A DNA stretch of 63,999 nucleotides, filler included, from Octopus bimaculoides (Eukaryota), in the NCBI RefSeq assembly GCF_001194135.2. It is 7 parts of 7 records of this genome, joined end to end, with 100 filler letters (N's around TTAATTAATTAA, not from the genome) between each part and the next. Parts side by side here need not be neighbours in the genome. Positions count along the whole stretch, not along the records: positions 1 to 20,615 come from NC_068993.1; 6 more parts are not named here. One strand, written 5' to 3'. The notes below the pieces were generated by a model. The model searched no databases. It saw nothing but the letters and a program-made list of their open reading frames with translations, and was not told the DNA's origin. This document shows, piece after piece, positions 1 through 11,363 of the stretch. The position numbers and the translations under genes were made by a program. Numbering within the stretch: position 1 is the first letter of the stretch; every line of letters begins with the position of its first letter.

Positions 1-44
1 ATATATATATATATATATACAACTGTGTTATTTATATTTTACAG

Positions 45-216
45 ATTGCCAATGCAATATGGTGGTTTTATGTTTCCAAGTTGATAGAAATGCTTGACAC
101 AGTTTTCTTCATTTTGCGTCAAAAGAATGAACAGATAACATTTCTTCATGTCTACCATCATGTCACTATGTTTCCTATATGGTGGATTGGAACCAAATGG
201 GTTGCTGGTGGTCAGT
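45..216 (+). CDS. elovl4: ELOVL4-like elongase, internal coding exon (172 bp)
   Basis: Acceptor ttttacAG at 43-44, donor GTAAGT at 217. Translates [57 protein letters not shown], with the KxxExxDT motif and HxxHH box (HVYHH, 147-161). Not in the ORF track because it lacks a start codon. Confidence 0.96.
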
Positions 217-586
217 GTAAGTATTACAGTCATTGAAGAGACAGAAAGTGTCATTTATATATTCTAAATGTGGTACTACTCTGGTGCTGTATTTGATGCT
301 ATTTATCCTAATACACTTCACATTGTATCCCTCTTCTTCCCCCTCCACCACCTCCTCCATTTTCCCCCCTCCTATTCCTCCTCCTTTTCTGCTGCCTCTT
401 CCTCTTCTTCCTCCTCTTCTGTCTTCTCCTTTTCCTTCTCCTCCTCGGCATTGCTTGGGAGCTTCTTCTGGACTCTGTCCCACAGCAAACTTGTCATATA
501 AACAAAACACATACAGTATGTATGTGTGACCGATAATGTTTACATTGCTAGAGCTGCTTTTAATTTGTAATATATGTTATCATAAT

Positions 587-770
587 CCTTGAAAATGTTG
601 GATTGTTATAGCACCCACTTCGGTATACAGTATACTTAGTAAAACCAGTAAAGACATGACTATTTCTGACCGCCTACTACATACTCTGGTACTTCACATA
701 CTTATAGTGACTAAGTTATTCCATTCATCACATGGGAGGGGTGTACCATTATTACTAATTCCCTACAACA
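587..770 (-). repeat. 3' LTR of the Gypsy element
   Basis: ttgaaaatgttgg...attccctacaaca matches 3340-3437 joined to 4478-4569. Confidence 0.85.
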
Positions 771-1275
771 TTCTTTCAAGTTTTTTCTAAGGAAGTGTCA
801 TTTTATTTAGCAATAATTGCTTTTTATTCACCCCACCTCCCCTTTTTTAAGTATTTTTTTTTTGTACAGTTTAATACTTTTGTGCATGGCATCTATTTTC
901 AGGAAATCTATATGTTTTCTTTTCCTCTCACTTGTACGCCAAGATTCAATCATCTGCAGTGGTGTTGGTACTTGAAATGCATTGTACAACCATTCCATTG
1001 GTTCCTCTGACTTCTTTGGTTCACTTTCCACGAATCTCTTTTTCAGTTGGTTCCTGTGTCTCTTTTGTATGCCTTTTCTACCTGTACATCATATTATCTA
1101 TGCATTTGGTAATTACACCAACTTCCTAACTCTGCTTTCCATTCTTGTATGCCCTTATATACACCTTTTCACCAACTTTAAAGAATCTTGCTGTGTACTT
1201 TTTCTTTTCTTGCTAGGTAGCAATTTATCAAAGACTGATTTTACTTTTCTTGCAACCATCAGCTCCGCTGGTGAG

Positions 1276-1740
1276 CTACCTGCTGGTGTATTCGGATTTC
1301 AGATTTGGCATCACATGGTACGCTCTTAAAAATTGTTGTAGAGCTACCTCATCCATGACTTCTTTATTCGATTTTCTAAGGGCTCTTTTGAAGGTATTCA
1401 CAAAGCATTCTGCCTCTCCATTAGATCTGGGATGGTATGGCGCTGTAGTTATATGTTCTACTGCGAATGTTACACAAAATTTGAACACAAATTGCATTCC
1501 ATTGTCAGACACTATCTTGTCTGGGAGGCCAAATCTTGTAAACAATTCATGTAAAAAATTTATCACAGTTGAGGAGGTTGGTTTTTTACACTTGCAAACT
1601 TCAGACCATTTCAAGAAACTATCAACTACCTCTAAGTAGTAAGAACCATTTAAAGGACCAGTGAAATCGATGTGTAGTCTCGACCATGGAACATCTACTT
1701 TTGAACAAGGTTTACTTTTTATCATGGGCAATTTCTCATT
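1276..1740 (-). pseudogene. Gypsy integrase (rve) core fragment
   Basis: PWSRLHIDFTGPLNGSYYLEVVDSFLKW...RFGLPDKIVSDNG...HITTAPYHPRSNGEAECFVNTFKRAL, with DD35E-type integrase motifs. Confidence 0.93.
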
Positions 1741-1929
1741 TCGTCTTGGCTTACATACAGGTGTTCCACTCTGTTTTACTGCAATTTTTTGTTTCAGTCC
1801 CTCAGCCACATTCGAACCTTCAACTGAACCGACTATATTTCCACACAAAACACTTATGGGTGTATTCCATACTTTGAATAGTTCCATACATTCTGTGCTG
1901 AATAAATTAAGTGACCTTTTTAACACGTA

Positions 1930-3165
1930 TATCTTTACCGTTTCTGTTTGACCTCAAAATGTTACATTACATATAATTTCACTGAAAAAATATATTATTT
2001 TTCCGTAACACTATGTGCTACCTTTTTCAATTTAATTAATTTTGGCTTACCGACATGCTTCCAAGTTTTTCCGTTTATAATGGTGGTATCGCTTCCAGTG
2101 TCCAATTACATTTTAACACTTGTATTTCTGATTTTCACATTCACAAATTTCCTCATCGTTTTGTTACCAATTTCTTCCAATGACATACTATTCTTTTTCC
2201 TTTGTTCTGATGTTTTATCATCTTCGTTCTACAGTGTGTCTTTATATGTCCTATATTACCATAACAAAAGCACTCTGCTTTCTTAAATGGACAATTTTTC
2301 CCCCACATGCAAAACATAGGTTTATTTCCTGATTTTTGTTGTGTTTTTTAGAAAACACTTTTTCTCTATTTTGACTATTTCACACCTGCTTTATTTGGAA
2401 ATGATCTTTATGTTCAGTTTCCTCTGTGTTGTGTCTTAATTTAATTATCCTTTCACATTCTTTTGACACTTGTAGGGTTACATCCAGGTTTTGTTCCAGC
2501 TTAGCGAGAATTCTAGTTCTAACTTCTGTATCTTTTTCTGCAGTTAGTCCCTGTGTAAAAATCAGGCATTGGAACATACCTGGCATTAATTCATCCAGCT
2601 TAAATTTCTCAAATTCTCTGTTAACTCTACCAGCATATGTGATGTAGTCCTCATTGTTATTTTGCTCTATGTTCAGACACTTTCAATGTGTTTTGAACAA
2701 TGAGCTTTTTTCACTGAAAATATTACACGGTATATCTACTGTATCATTAAAGTTTATGTCTGAAGGTTTACTTGAGAGTACATAATTACTGTATCATTCA
2801 TGTTCTGTTGCCACCAGTTTTTTCAAGATTAAGCACATTTACATCTTGTCATCCCAATCTTTACAGTTTGTGCTCAAAGATTTGCTCATATCTTCTGTAG
2901 TAAACCTTGAAGGTAACTCCTTTGTCTGGCTCATATTTGAACTCTGTTATGGAGATTATTTACATTATAGAACTGTCTGTTATGGAGTTTGCAACATAGT
3001 CTGTTGAGAACACTTTTTCTGACTTTGCTGACAACTTCAGTAATTGCAGCATTTGTTATTGTAATATTATTTGTTGTTTCTTCTGTTGTTGCTCTTGCAG
3101 TTGTATCTGTTGTTGCTGTTTTTGCAACTCGAGCAAACCTACCAACAAATTTTCCATACTTTTAT
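1930..3165 (-). pseudogene. Gypsy gag and protease remnants
   Basis: EFKYEPDKGVTFKVYYRRYEQIF...EDYITYAGRVNREFEKFKLDEL...FQCLIFTQGLTAEKDTEVRTRILAKLEQ, then zinc knuckle and LDTGSD. Disrupted by stops and frameshifts. Confidence 0.85.
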
Positions 3166-3437
3166 GATTTTTCATAAAATCCGTACACCAACTTTGTGAG
3201 TTTATTAACTCCTCTTTTAGTTTCTATTAACTCCACATGAATTGGTTCATCCTCGTCAAGTTTATTAATTCCTCAAGAGTTGTTTAAATCCTTGTGTTCA
3301 TTAATTCTTTGTGAATTGTTTAAATCCTTGTCGCCATTGTTGAAAATGTTGGGTTGTTATGATGCCCACTTTGGTATACAGTGTACTTAGTAAAACCAGT
3401 AAAGACATGACTATCACTGATTGCCTACTAAGTACTC

Positions 3438-4461
3438 TTTCTTTTATTGGCCACACAGGGCCTAACACAGAGGGGACAGCACATGGTGGGGAAATGAAGC
3501 AGTTCAGCCTCACCTCTGAGTGACTTCCTTGAACATGTTTTTAAAACATTATTTGTAATTGGTAACTTTCATCTTTCTGAAGAATTTCTTTAAAAGTTCA
3601 AGATAGCTTACCCGTTCTGGTATTGTGCTGGTGTCCATTTTCTTGACCTCTTCGACCGTGATGGTTTTGACTATGTTTTCAAAGTCTTCCGAGGCTTCCT
3701 GGACTATCATATCTAGGCTCAGCCCTTGCCAGTTCTTATGGGCTGTTCTGGTGGCCTGGAGGACCACTACTTTCTCTTACGTGCGCAGCAGTATAGCAGC
3801 TGCTAGCCTGGCCACATCAGTTTCTGGGGGTATACCTTCTACCCTAACCCTGGAAGCATACCTCCCAAAGTATATGGGTAGAAGCACCATTTCATCCATT
3901 TTTAAGGGTGTTGCCGAGTGCAGCCTAGCAGTAGCTACCTCTTGGAACTGCACCTCCACTGTTCCAAACTTTCTTCTTCTGGCAAGGTAAGAAATCCCTT
4001 GTCAGGTTGGTTTTAATGTCACTTTGACTTCAGTGGTCGACATGATATCAATTTTCCTTGTTGTTGCTGAGTATGTCCTGTAAATAATGGTTTTTTTTTT
4101 TCTTTTTTAAACTTCTTGGTGGGGGGCACTTTTATGTCGTTCCCCTCCCTTTTAAGCATTTCTTTGAATCTACTCAACTCCTCCACACACTCATCTTCGC
4201 TTTTCTCTTTCACCACCTCTGCATAATTCTTCACCTCCATTGCTTCGTCTATTCTCTTCAGACTTTTAAACAGCTCTTCCTCAGATGACATAAAGTCTGA
4301 AGAAGAAGAACTCAAACCTTCGTATTCCATTATGAAGGCATGAACCTACAATGTTCCCTCATCAAACAAGAGGGAAGACGTTGAATAATACCACTGCAAG
4401 ACGGCAAAACACGTGTTCCACACAAAGGCAGTAGTTCAACAGCAATCAACAAGACGACGAC
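3438..4461 (-). mobile_element. ~1 kb non-LTR-type retroposon with only an ORF1/gag-like reading frame, inserted in the Gypsy 5' LTR
   Basis: Flanked by a 16-bp direct repeat TGCCTACTA(A/T)GTACTC (3422-3437, 4462-4477) that is single-copy in the other LTR. 3' end CCAATAAAAGAAA. Broken ORF MEYEGLSS...KFGTVEVQF...LLPIYFGRYASRVRVEGIPPE...KNWQGLSLDMIV. Confidence 0.8.
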
Positions 4462-5187
4462 TGCCTACTATGTACTCCGGTACTTCACCTACTTCTCTTC
4501 ACTTATAGTGACTAGGTTATTCCATATCATCTGAGAGGGGTGTACCATTATTACTAATTCCCTACAGCATATACATACATATATATGTATGTTCAAGTTT
4601 ATGAGAATGTATGTTTATATATGAGTGTATATGTCTTATAGTCACATACAGCAGATCATCGATTGTAAATCTAAATCAGCCGTTATAACACTGTGTAACA
4701 AAATTTTAATTTGTTTTTGTCTTTGTTATTTCTTAAGTGTTATTTCCTATTGGCTTCTATCTAGAAATCAATGGAAATAATTACGTTTTCCTTTCAAACT
4801 TTGATTTTGTGACCTGGACAGCAATGTTTTGAAACTGACCTATTTTCCATTACATTTCAGACAGATTCAGTGCTGAGTTTCTGAAAGAGAATTTTCTAGA
4901 ACTTTCAGGAAGTTTCTAAAAATTTCAAATATTGCTTGAACATTCTGGCAACATAGATGGTGGTATAAATACAAGGATCAATACTTCAGTTTACTTCTAG
5001 CTGTCCACATGGAAACAAGTGGACGAAAGCAAAGTCTGAAGGAAATATTAGCCATTTTTCATACTTTTTAGGGATAAACAAATAATAAATAACCATTGTA
5101 CCCAAAGACAAAAAAATCATGTTACACTGTTTAAACATCTGCATAATTGTAACCTGGTATTTAACTATTGTTTCTTTTATTTTACAG

Positions 5188-5315
5188 CATTTTTAGGAGC
5201 GTTACTGAACTCTTCTATTCACGTTATGATGTATTCCTATTATGGTCTATCTGCACTTGGTCCTGCAATGCAAAAGTACCTTTGGTGGAAGCGCTATCTG
5301 ACAATTGTGCAGTTG
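5188..5315 (+). CDS. elovl4: ELOVL4-like elongase, internal coding exon (128 bp)
   Basis: Acceptor ttttattttacAG, donor GT at 5316. Phase joins the previous exon (T+CA=Ser): [43 protein letters not shown], with the NxxxHxxMYxYY motif. Confidence 0.96.
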
Positions 5316-5399
5316 GTTTGTATATTATTTTATGAATTTTCAATATTTTACCATTGTCTTTTCCGTGACATATAATGAGAATGATATAATTCTAACAGC

Positions 5400-5650
5400 T
5401 TCATCATCATCGTTTTATGTCTGCCTTCCATGATGGCATGGGTTGGGCAGATTGACTGGAGCTGGCCAAACAGGAGCCTGCACCTGTCTTCTATGTCTGT
5501 CTTGGCAGAATTGTTATGGCTGGATGCCCTTCCTAACTCCAACCACCCTGCAGAGTGGACTGAGTGATTTTTACATGGCACCTCATCATCATTATTTAAT
5601 TAATGCCCGTTTTCCATGCTGGTATGGGTTTGACCTGAGTTATGTAATGA
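5400..5650 (+). mobile_element. (CAT)n-flanked SINE-like repeat, diverged copy
   Basis: catcatcatcgttt...gctggatgcccttcctaac core. Related copies near 7870-8000, 32745-32900, 47040-47190, 52500-52640, 54900-55010, 59780-59880. Confidence 0.7.
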
Positions 5651-5697
5651 AAAGTGAGCTAATGTGATATATGTATGTGTATATTGTTTTGTGAGTA

Positions 5698-5735
<38 letters not shown>

Positions 5736-5736
5736 A

Positions 5737-6161
5737 GGTGATTAAAATCAAAATAAGCAACAAGGATATCCAAAGTTAATGCAGTACGATCGTTTCATGC
5801 GACTCCATTTATTTAAGCAATGTGAACATTACATCAAATGTAAAATGCAGAGCAATCCTCAGCTGCACAAAGATACAGAAATTTACTGAAATTTCATTTC
5901 AACAGAAGGACATATTTTTGTAACTACATTTAAACTCTCCAAATAGAAAGGAAGAGGTCTGGCTTAGTCAAAATGGTTTTTTGTATGTCCTTCTGTTGAA
6001 ATAAAATTTCAGTAAATTTCTATATCTTTGTGCAGCTGAGGGTTGCTCTGCATTTTACATTTGATGTAATGTTCACATTGCTTAAATAAATGGAGTCGCA
6101 TGAAACGATCGTACTGCATTAACTTTGGATATCCTTGTTGCTTATTTTGATTCTAATCACC
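5737..6161. repeat. Long near-perfect inverted repeat (178-bp arms, 69-bp spacer), probably Penelope-derived
   Basis: Arm 5737-5914 is the reverse complement of 5984-6161 with about 5 differences. Confidence 0.95.
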
Positions 6162-6304
6162 AAACGGTGTCGTAACACTATGGATATATCTAAACCAGAA
6201 ATTCAGTATCCCACCTGCGAGGGATAAATGCTAGATAAGTTGAAACAATTGTAGTGATCAATAAAGATTCTCATATCTTCCATATTCCGTCTCTCTCATT
6301 AATG

Positions 6305-6470
6305 ACACACACACACACGACGGGCTTCTTTCAGTTTCTGTCTACCAAATCTCTCACAAGGCTTTGGTCAGCCTGAGGCTATATGGTAGAAGACACTGCC
6401 CAAGGTGCCATGCACTGGGATTGAATCTGGAACCATGTGGATGTGAAGCAAGCTTCTTACCACACAGCCA
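6305..6470 (-). mobile_element. Partial copy of the abundant tRNA-headed SINE (family 1)
   Basis: cgggcttctttcagtttc...caaggctttggtc...caaggtgccatgcactggga core, shared with many copies in the window. Confidence 0.8.
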
Positions 6471-6563
6471 CATTTGTGCCTAGTGAAATACGTTTTTGAT
6501 TTATCTTTATTTTAACTCTGTATGTTTCCTAATCTTAATTATGTTTTAACCTATCTTTTGCAG

Positions 6564-6716
6564 GTACAGTTTGTTGTTGGTATGATTCATGCTACCCAGT
6601 CTCTCCTTTTAAGCTGTAATTTTCCTGTCTGGATGCACTGGGCACTTATTTTCTATGGGATGTCTTTGTTGCTATTGTTTCTTAACTTCTATTATAACTC
6701 TTACGTTCTTAAAAAG
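6564..6716 (+). CDS. elovl4: ELOVL4-like elongase, coding exon (153 bp)
   Basis: Acceptor cttttgcAG, donor AAG/GTAACC, phase 0: VQFVVGMIHATQSLLLSCNFPVWMHWALIFYGMSLLLLFLNFYYNSYVLKK. Completes the TxxQxxQ motif and last TM helix with LFxNFY. Confidence 0.94.
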
Positions 6717-7109
6717 GTAACCTATAAAATTTATTTTGCTGCAGTTTTCTTTCTAAAAAAGCAATGTATTGTATTATCCAATATTGTTGTTGATGTTGTT
6801 TTAGTTCCATGTGATCCATGTTTCAAAAATACATGTAGTGTATACATAGTTGGTCCAATGACTATGTGCTATCCACTGATCTATTGTTCAGATATTTCAT
6901 GTCCTTTAGCCTGGTAGGTGACTGTATTATGCACTTTTACTTGTGGCAGATTATCATATGAAGTATGACAGTCTGTTTGTCTATGCCAAGGCTTTTTCAA
7001 AAGGTTCATATCACCCTTGGGGGCCCATATGAAGTCCATGTAAAATTTATGTGCAATAAATTGATTATACTTCTATGATAGACAAAATATTTTATTATAT
7101 TATTTGTGA

Positions 7110-7415
7110 AGGTGCATGGTTTAGTGGTGAGGGTATTTGGCTCACAATCAAAAGGTTGTGAGTTCAATTCCCAGTGATGCGTTATTTCTTTGAGTAAGAC
7201 ACTTTTTTTCATGTTGCTCCAATCCACTCAGCTGGCCAAAATGAGTAGTACCTGTATTTCAAAGGGCCAGCCTTGTTACACTCAGTGTCATGCTGAATCT
7301 CCCTGAGAACTACATTAAGGGTACATGTGTTAGTGGAGTGCTCAGCCACAAGCAGGCTGTTCCATTGATTGGATCAACTGGAATTCTTATTGTCATAACT
7401 GATGGAGTACTCGTA
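7110..7415 (+). mobile_element. tRNA-derived SINE (family 3, V-SINE-like), diverged
   Basis: A-box tggtttagtgg, B-box gagttcaattcc, body homologous to 10800-11090 and 15372-15744. Confidence 0.75.
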
Positions 7416-9249
7416 TTTTTAAAACATCAAATGGCTGCAGGAGACCAGTAGAGCAAAATAGGAATCAAAGGGATCCATAGGCAAAAAATGGTCGAGCAGT
7501 TCCTGTCCCATTTCTTCTCTGGTGTATGTCTGGTGGTAGTCACAGCAGAGACAGGTGTCTGTTTATTACAAAGCAGAAGACTCTTGAACTCCTTAACATT
7601 TAAACTGGTCATATCAGGCCCAAATAGTTTACCTTGTCCTATGTTCAAACTGGCCAGATTCAGCTTCTCATACCTACTCTAAAACATCATTCTAAAAACA
7701 AACAATCACATCATCCGAATCTCGATGTGACAAGACAATACAGTGAATGAATAAGCATTGCATTTGACAGAAAAATCTGAATGCTAAATGGTTAAGGTTG
7801 TAAATTAGTAGAATCTGTAGTTATTGGTTTTAGTGCCTTACATCAGCATCACCACTACCATTTAACATCCAGTTATCATACTGTCATGGCTGGACGGTTT
7901 GACAGGATCTGACAAGTCATAGAGCTACGCCAAGCCCTAATGTTAGCTTTAACATGGTTTCTACAGCTGGATGCCTTTCCTAATGCCAATCACTTTAGTG
8001 TGTCTTTGTTCTGGCTGTCTATGCTCTGTGTTCATCCTTCTGGTATTCTCGGACCTCACACTGTTGGTTTCCTCTGCAAAACTGGGACGACTGTACCCGG
8101 TCTGAGAAGAAATGAGTCCTGCAATGTGGGGTACCTGTTGCAGTGGGTGTTGCTGGCCATTCTCTGTGGCAGTACCTTTGCAATTATGTCTGCAAGGGGT
8201 AGCTGAACACACCATTTAGACGGGTGTGTACAACCTGTTACTCTCACCTCAGTATCTTTTAATGCCTGAAGTAAAAATATTTGTCATCACCAGCCGTGTA
8301 ATTTTCAGCATGCTTCAGAGTCCATTTGTAACCCTCCAAATATTTTATTAAAAATTAAAAAAATTAAAAATTATTGGATTCAATGGTCAGTTACTGTTTC
8401 TTCTGTTTATAACGATTTGGGGTTATTCAGCAGTTGTAGCTACTTGTGTGTACCACTGAGTATAGCTTTGTACTCTTATAATTTGAAAAAGTAAAGTTTT
8501 GTCAATCCTGTATGACAACACTACACAATACTTGTGTATGCTTAAAATTGCTGAATTGTCACAAGTCAGAAGCTATTGAAATGGAAATTGAACTGTAAAT
8601 CAACAGTTTTCTTTCATTGTTGTAGTGGCCTGAGATACCTTCTACGAAAAATTTTACCTCGAAGTGTTTAGTAGTGCAGCGTACCTTATGATGAGCCATA
8701 CCTAATGTGGTCCACTGCTCGAAAGAAGGTCGTCCATGGCTGTTAAAAATCTTGAGAATTAGTAGAAAGTGGTGGTGGTGGTAGGGTGGGGATGGGTGAG
8801 TAGGATATACATGTAAGGGAGGTAACTCTCGAATATTGCAAGTTCAATAGCTGATTTTCTTCTTTTGTATTCATGATTTCTGTGACACATAGCATGCCAA
8901 GCAATATGTCTTACCATTTTAATCTTGATTGGAATAAAGTATAAATTTCGGCTGGATGGAAAAGATATATTCAAAATTTTAAAACGAAAATCAGCCTAAT
9001 TTCTATTCAACCTGGAGTCAAACTATGAAAGGGAGTATTATTGTTTTGAAGCAGTGAATGTAATCTTCTCTCTTGTTTAACCTCACCATTTAGTCCTTAG
9101 GTGACATTAATGGTGGAGTACAGTTTGTTGTGAGAATTTAGAACAGTTCTCTAGATTGTGAATGGGTGCTGCATTTCCTTCTTTTTTTGACTATGCAATA
9201 ATAATAATGATAATAATAATAATGATGATAATAATAATAATAATAATGT

Positions 9250-9450
9250 TAAAAATTTTGGCCCAGGGTCAGCGATTTTAGAGAGAGTGGGTAAGTCGAT
9301 GACATCGATCCCAACGTTCAACAGGTACTTATTTTATCGACTCTGAAAGGATGGAAGACATTGGTTGTTTTTGAACTCAGAATGTAAAGACAGACGAAAT
9401 ACCACTAAGCATTTTGCCCAGCAACCTAACGATTCTGCCAGCTCATTGCC

Positions 9451-9455
<5 letters not shown>
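9250..9455 (-). mobile_element. tRNA-derived SINE (family 2, Meta/MESC-domain-like) between (AAT)n tracts
   Basis: Reverse complement of the ...gagttcaaa...ctttcatcctttc..gtcgataaaataagtacc core seen at 34955 and 55066. Confidence 0.75.
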
Positions 9456-9489
<34 letters not shown>

Positions 9490-11222
9490 CCAATCAATCG
9501 ATCAAATGTTTTAAGAAAGTCTCAAGCCTAACTGATCAAGGGTATGGTGTGCCCATTCTAAACCTGAGATACATGTAGCCAATAATAAAAAGAAGTCAAC
9601 ATCGTTGTTTGCCAACCCTCATCTGTTTCCATATAAAGTGATATTTCCCTCTGACCAGACATATTTTTCAAGAAAGATTGGAAATTAAAGACACTGCTTG
9701 CATGATGATGACACTTGTTCACAGCCATCATGTCCTGTTGATACAAGGAATCAGTAATCCAGGTGTAAATACATATACATGCATACATACACTAAACAGG
9801 CTTCTTTCAATCTCTCTCGCTATCAAACCCTTTCACAAGGCTTTGGTTGGCCCTGGGCTACAATAGAAGGCACTTGCCCAAATAACCTTGCAGTGGGACT
9901 GAACTTGAAACCATGTGGTTGGGAAGCAAACTTTCAACCACAGTCACACCTGATAAGGCAAATAAATTTTTAGTTGAAATATATCATTCAATTGTTTTTA
10001 GTTTATAGTTTTAGTTCTAACGGTTTTTTTTTTTTTTTAAGATAATATATTTTTGTTGATTTACTCTTTTTCTACTAACCCATCTAAGAGCACTCCTGGA
10101 GATTCTCTGAGATACACTTCCTGTTTAGAAATGATCTAAAAACTTTCAATCTTAGTTTCACATTAATTTACATTTCAAGCACCAGCTTAAATAATGAGTT
10201 ATTTTACTAACTTAGTCATTATTTTTAACAAAATCAATGGAAGCAGAGTCTTTGTATTTCAACAGAAATATAACAACACAGAAGGGTTAAACTGTTTGTA
10301 GTCAATGGTATGCATTGACTGCTGTACATACATATTCTCATTTGTTTTTTCATTTATTCTTTGAAATTTGCATATTGTCACATTCATTGTTTTTTTACTG
10401 TAGGTTGTCCCTTTTTAGTTATAAACACTCTGTTGTGAAGTATACAAGAATTTCTATTTAGTAATTCTGACCTAGGCATTTATATCCTTGTACCTTTATG
10501 AGCAAACTACAAAGTAACATCCTTGTACACAACATACCAATATCTTTCACTACTTATTTTCTCTGTCGATAATAATATAAAGCTAATTAATTCTTTCTGC
10601 ATTCTAAGTATCCCTAGGGTCGGTACTCAATTCCAGTTTTTATAGTGTTAAGTGGACGTGTGGTAAATCTTTTCTTGGATATATTAGTGGTCTAGCACCA
10701 ATTTACTTGCTGTTTCTAATAGGTTGGCTGACTGTATCAATGCTCTGACTTTGGCTCATCTGAGAACCAGTCCTTTATTTTGTGTTTATACCTACTGAAG
10801 GCATGTGACTTAGTGGTTATAATATTTGACCCCTTACGATTTTAAGGTTGTGAATTCAATACATGGTGGTGCATTGTGTTCATTTCACATTGCTCCAGTC
10901 CACTCAACTGGCAAAAATGAGTAGCACCAATATTTCAAAGGGCCAGCTTTGTTGCATTCTGTGCCATGCTAAATCTCCCCGAGAACTACATTAAGGCTAC
11001 ATGTGCATGTTAATTTCACAATCAGGCTGTTCTGCTGATTGAATCAACTCGAACACTCATTGTCATAAGTGGTGGAACATCAGTAATATCTACTGAGCCA
11101 CTGTGTTAAACTCTTTACATCTACTGAGCATTGTTACTGACAGCCATTTTGCTTTCTTCTGTTTCTGTAGTTTACTACTTTTTTTTTGTGATTCTAAACT
11201 TTCTCTTTTGTTTTCCTTTCAG

Positions 11223-11363
11223 AGAAATAGAAAGAAGAATGGTTCCTCTAATTCCAAAAAATCTTTACCGAAGGAAGCCAATAACTCGAAGAAAGCTGAT
11301 AATAAACAATATTCGAAAGACTCTGTTGCATCTCGCCGTAAAACGCATGCAAAAGATCAATAA
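11223..11363 (+). CDS. elovl4: ELOVL4-like elongase, probable terminal coding exon
   Basis: Long pyrimidine tract ending tttcAG at 11221-2. In frame with the previous exon; basic cytosolic tail RNRKKNGSSNSKK...SRRKTHAKDQ* as expected for an ELOVL C-terminus. Assigned by phase and composition rather than a conserved motif. Confidence 0.78.
   Translation, partial: RNRKKNGSSNSKKSLPKEANNSKKADNKQYSKDSVASRRKTHAKDQ

Larger units (their letters stand above)
587..4569 (-). mobile_element. Degenerate, internally deleted Ty3/Gypsy LTR retrotransposon (Mag/K02A2.6-like), antisense in an elovl intron
   Basis: Two homologous ~180-bp LTRs (about 587-770, and 3338-4569 split by an insertion). PBS-like TGGCGAC at 3330-3336 (-). 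Gag with CCHC knuckle (CFCYGNIGHIKTHC), protease LDTGSD (~2087-2103), integrase core. Many stops. Confidence 0.92.

Noticed and set aside
175-529. Gly/Glu-rich and Pro/Ser-rich ORFs at the window start
   Set aside because: They read through a CT-rich low-complexity intron tract. The real exon is 45-216 in another frame.
6717-6917. Read-through extension of the elongase ORF (6522-6917)
   Set aside because: ELOVL similarity stops at a good donor at 6717; the rest is intron.
8686-8735. Hammerhead-like TGATGAGC...GCTCGAAA...GTC
   Set aside because: C3 is missing, stem III has a G-G mismatch and there is no stem I. At most a decayed Penelope relic.
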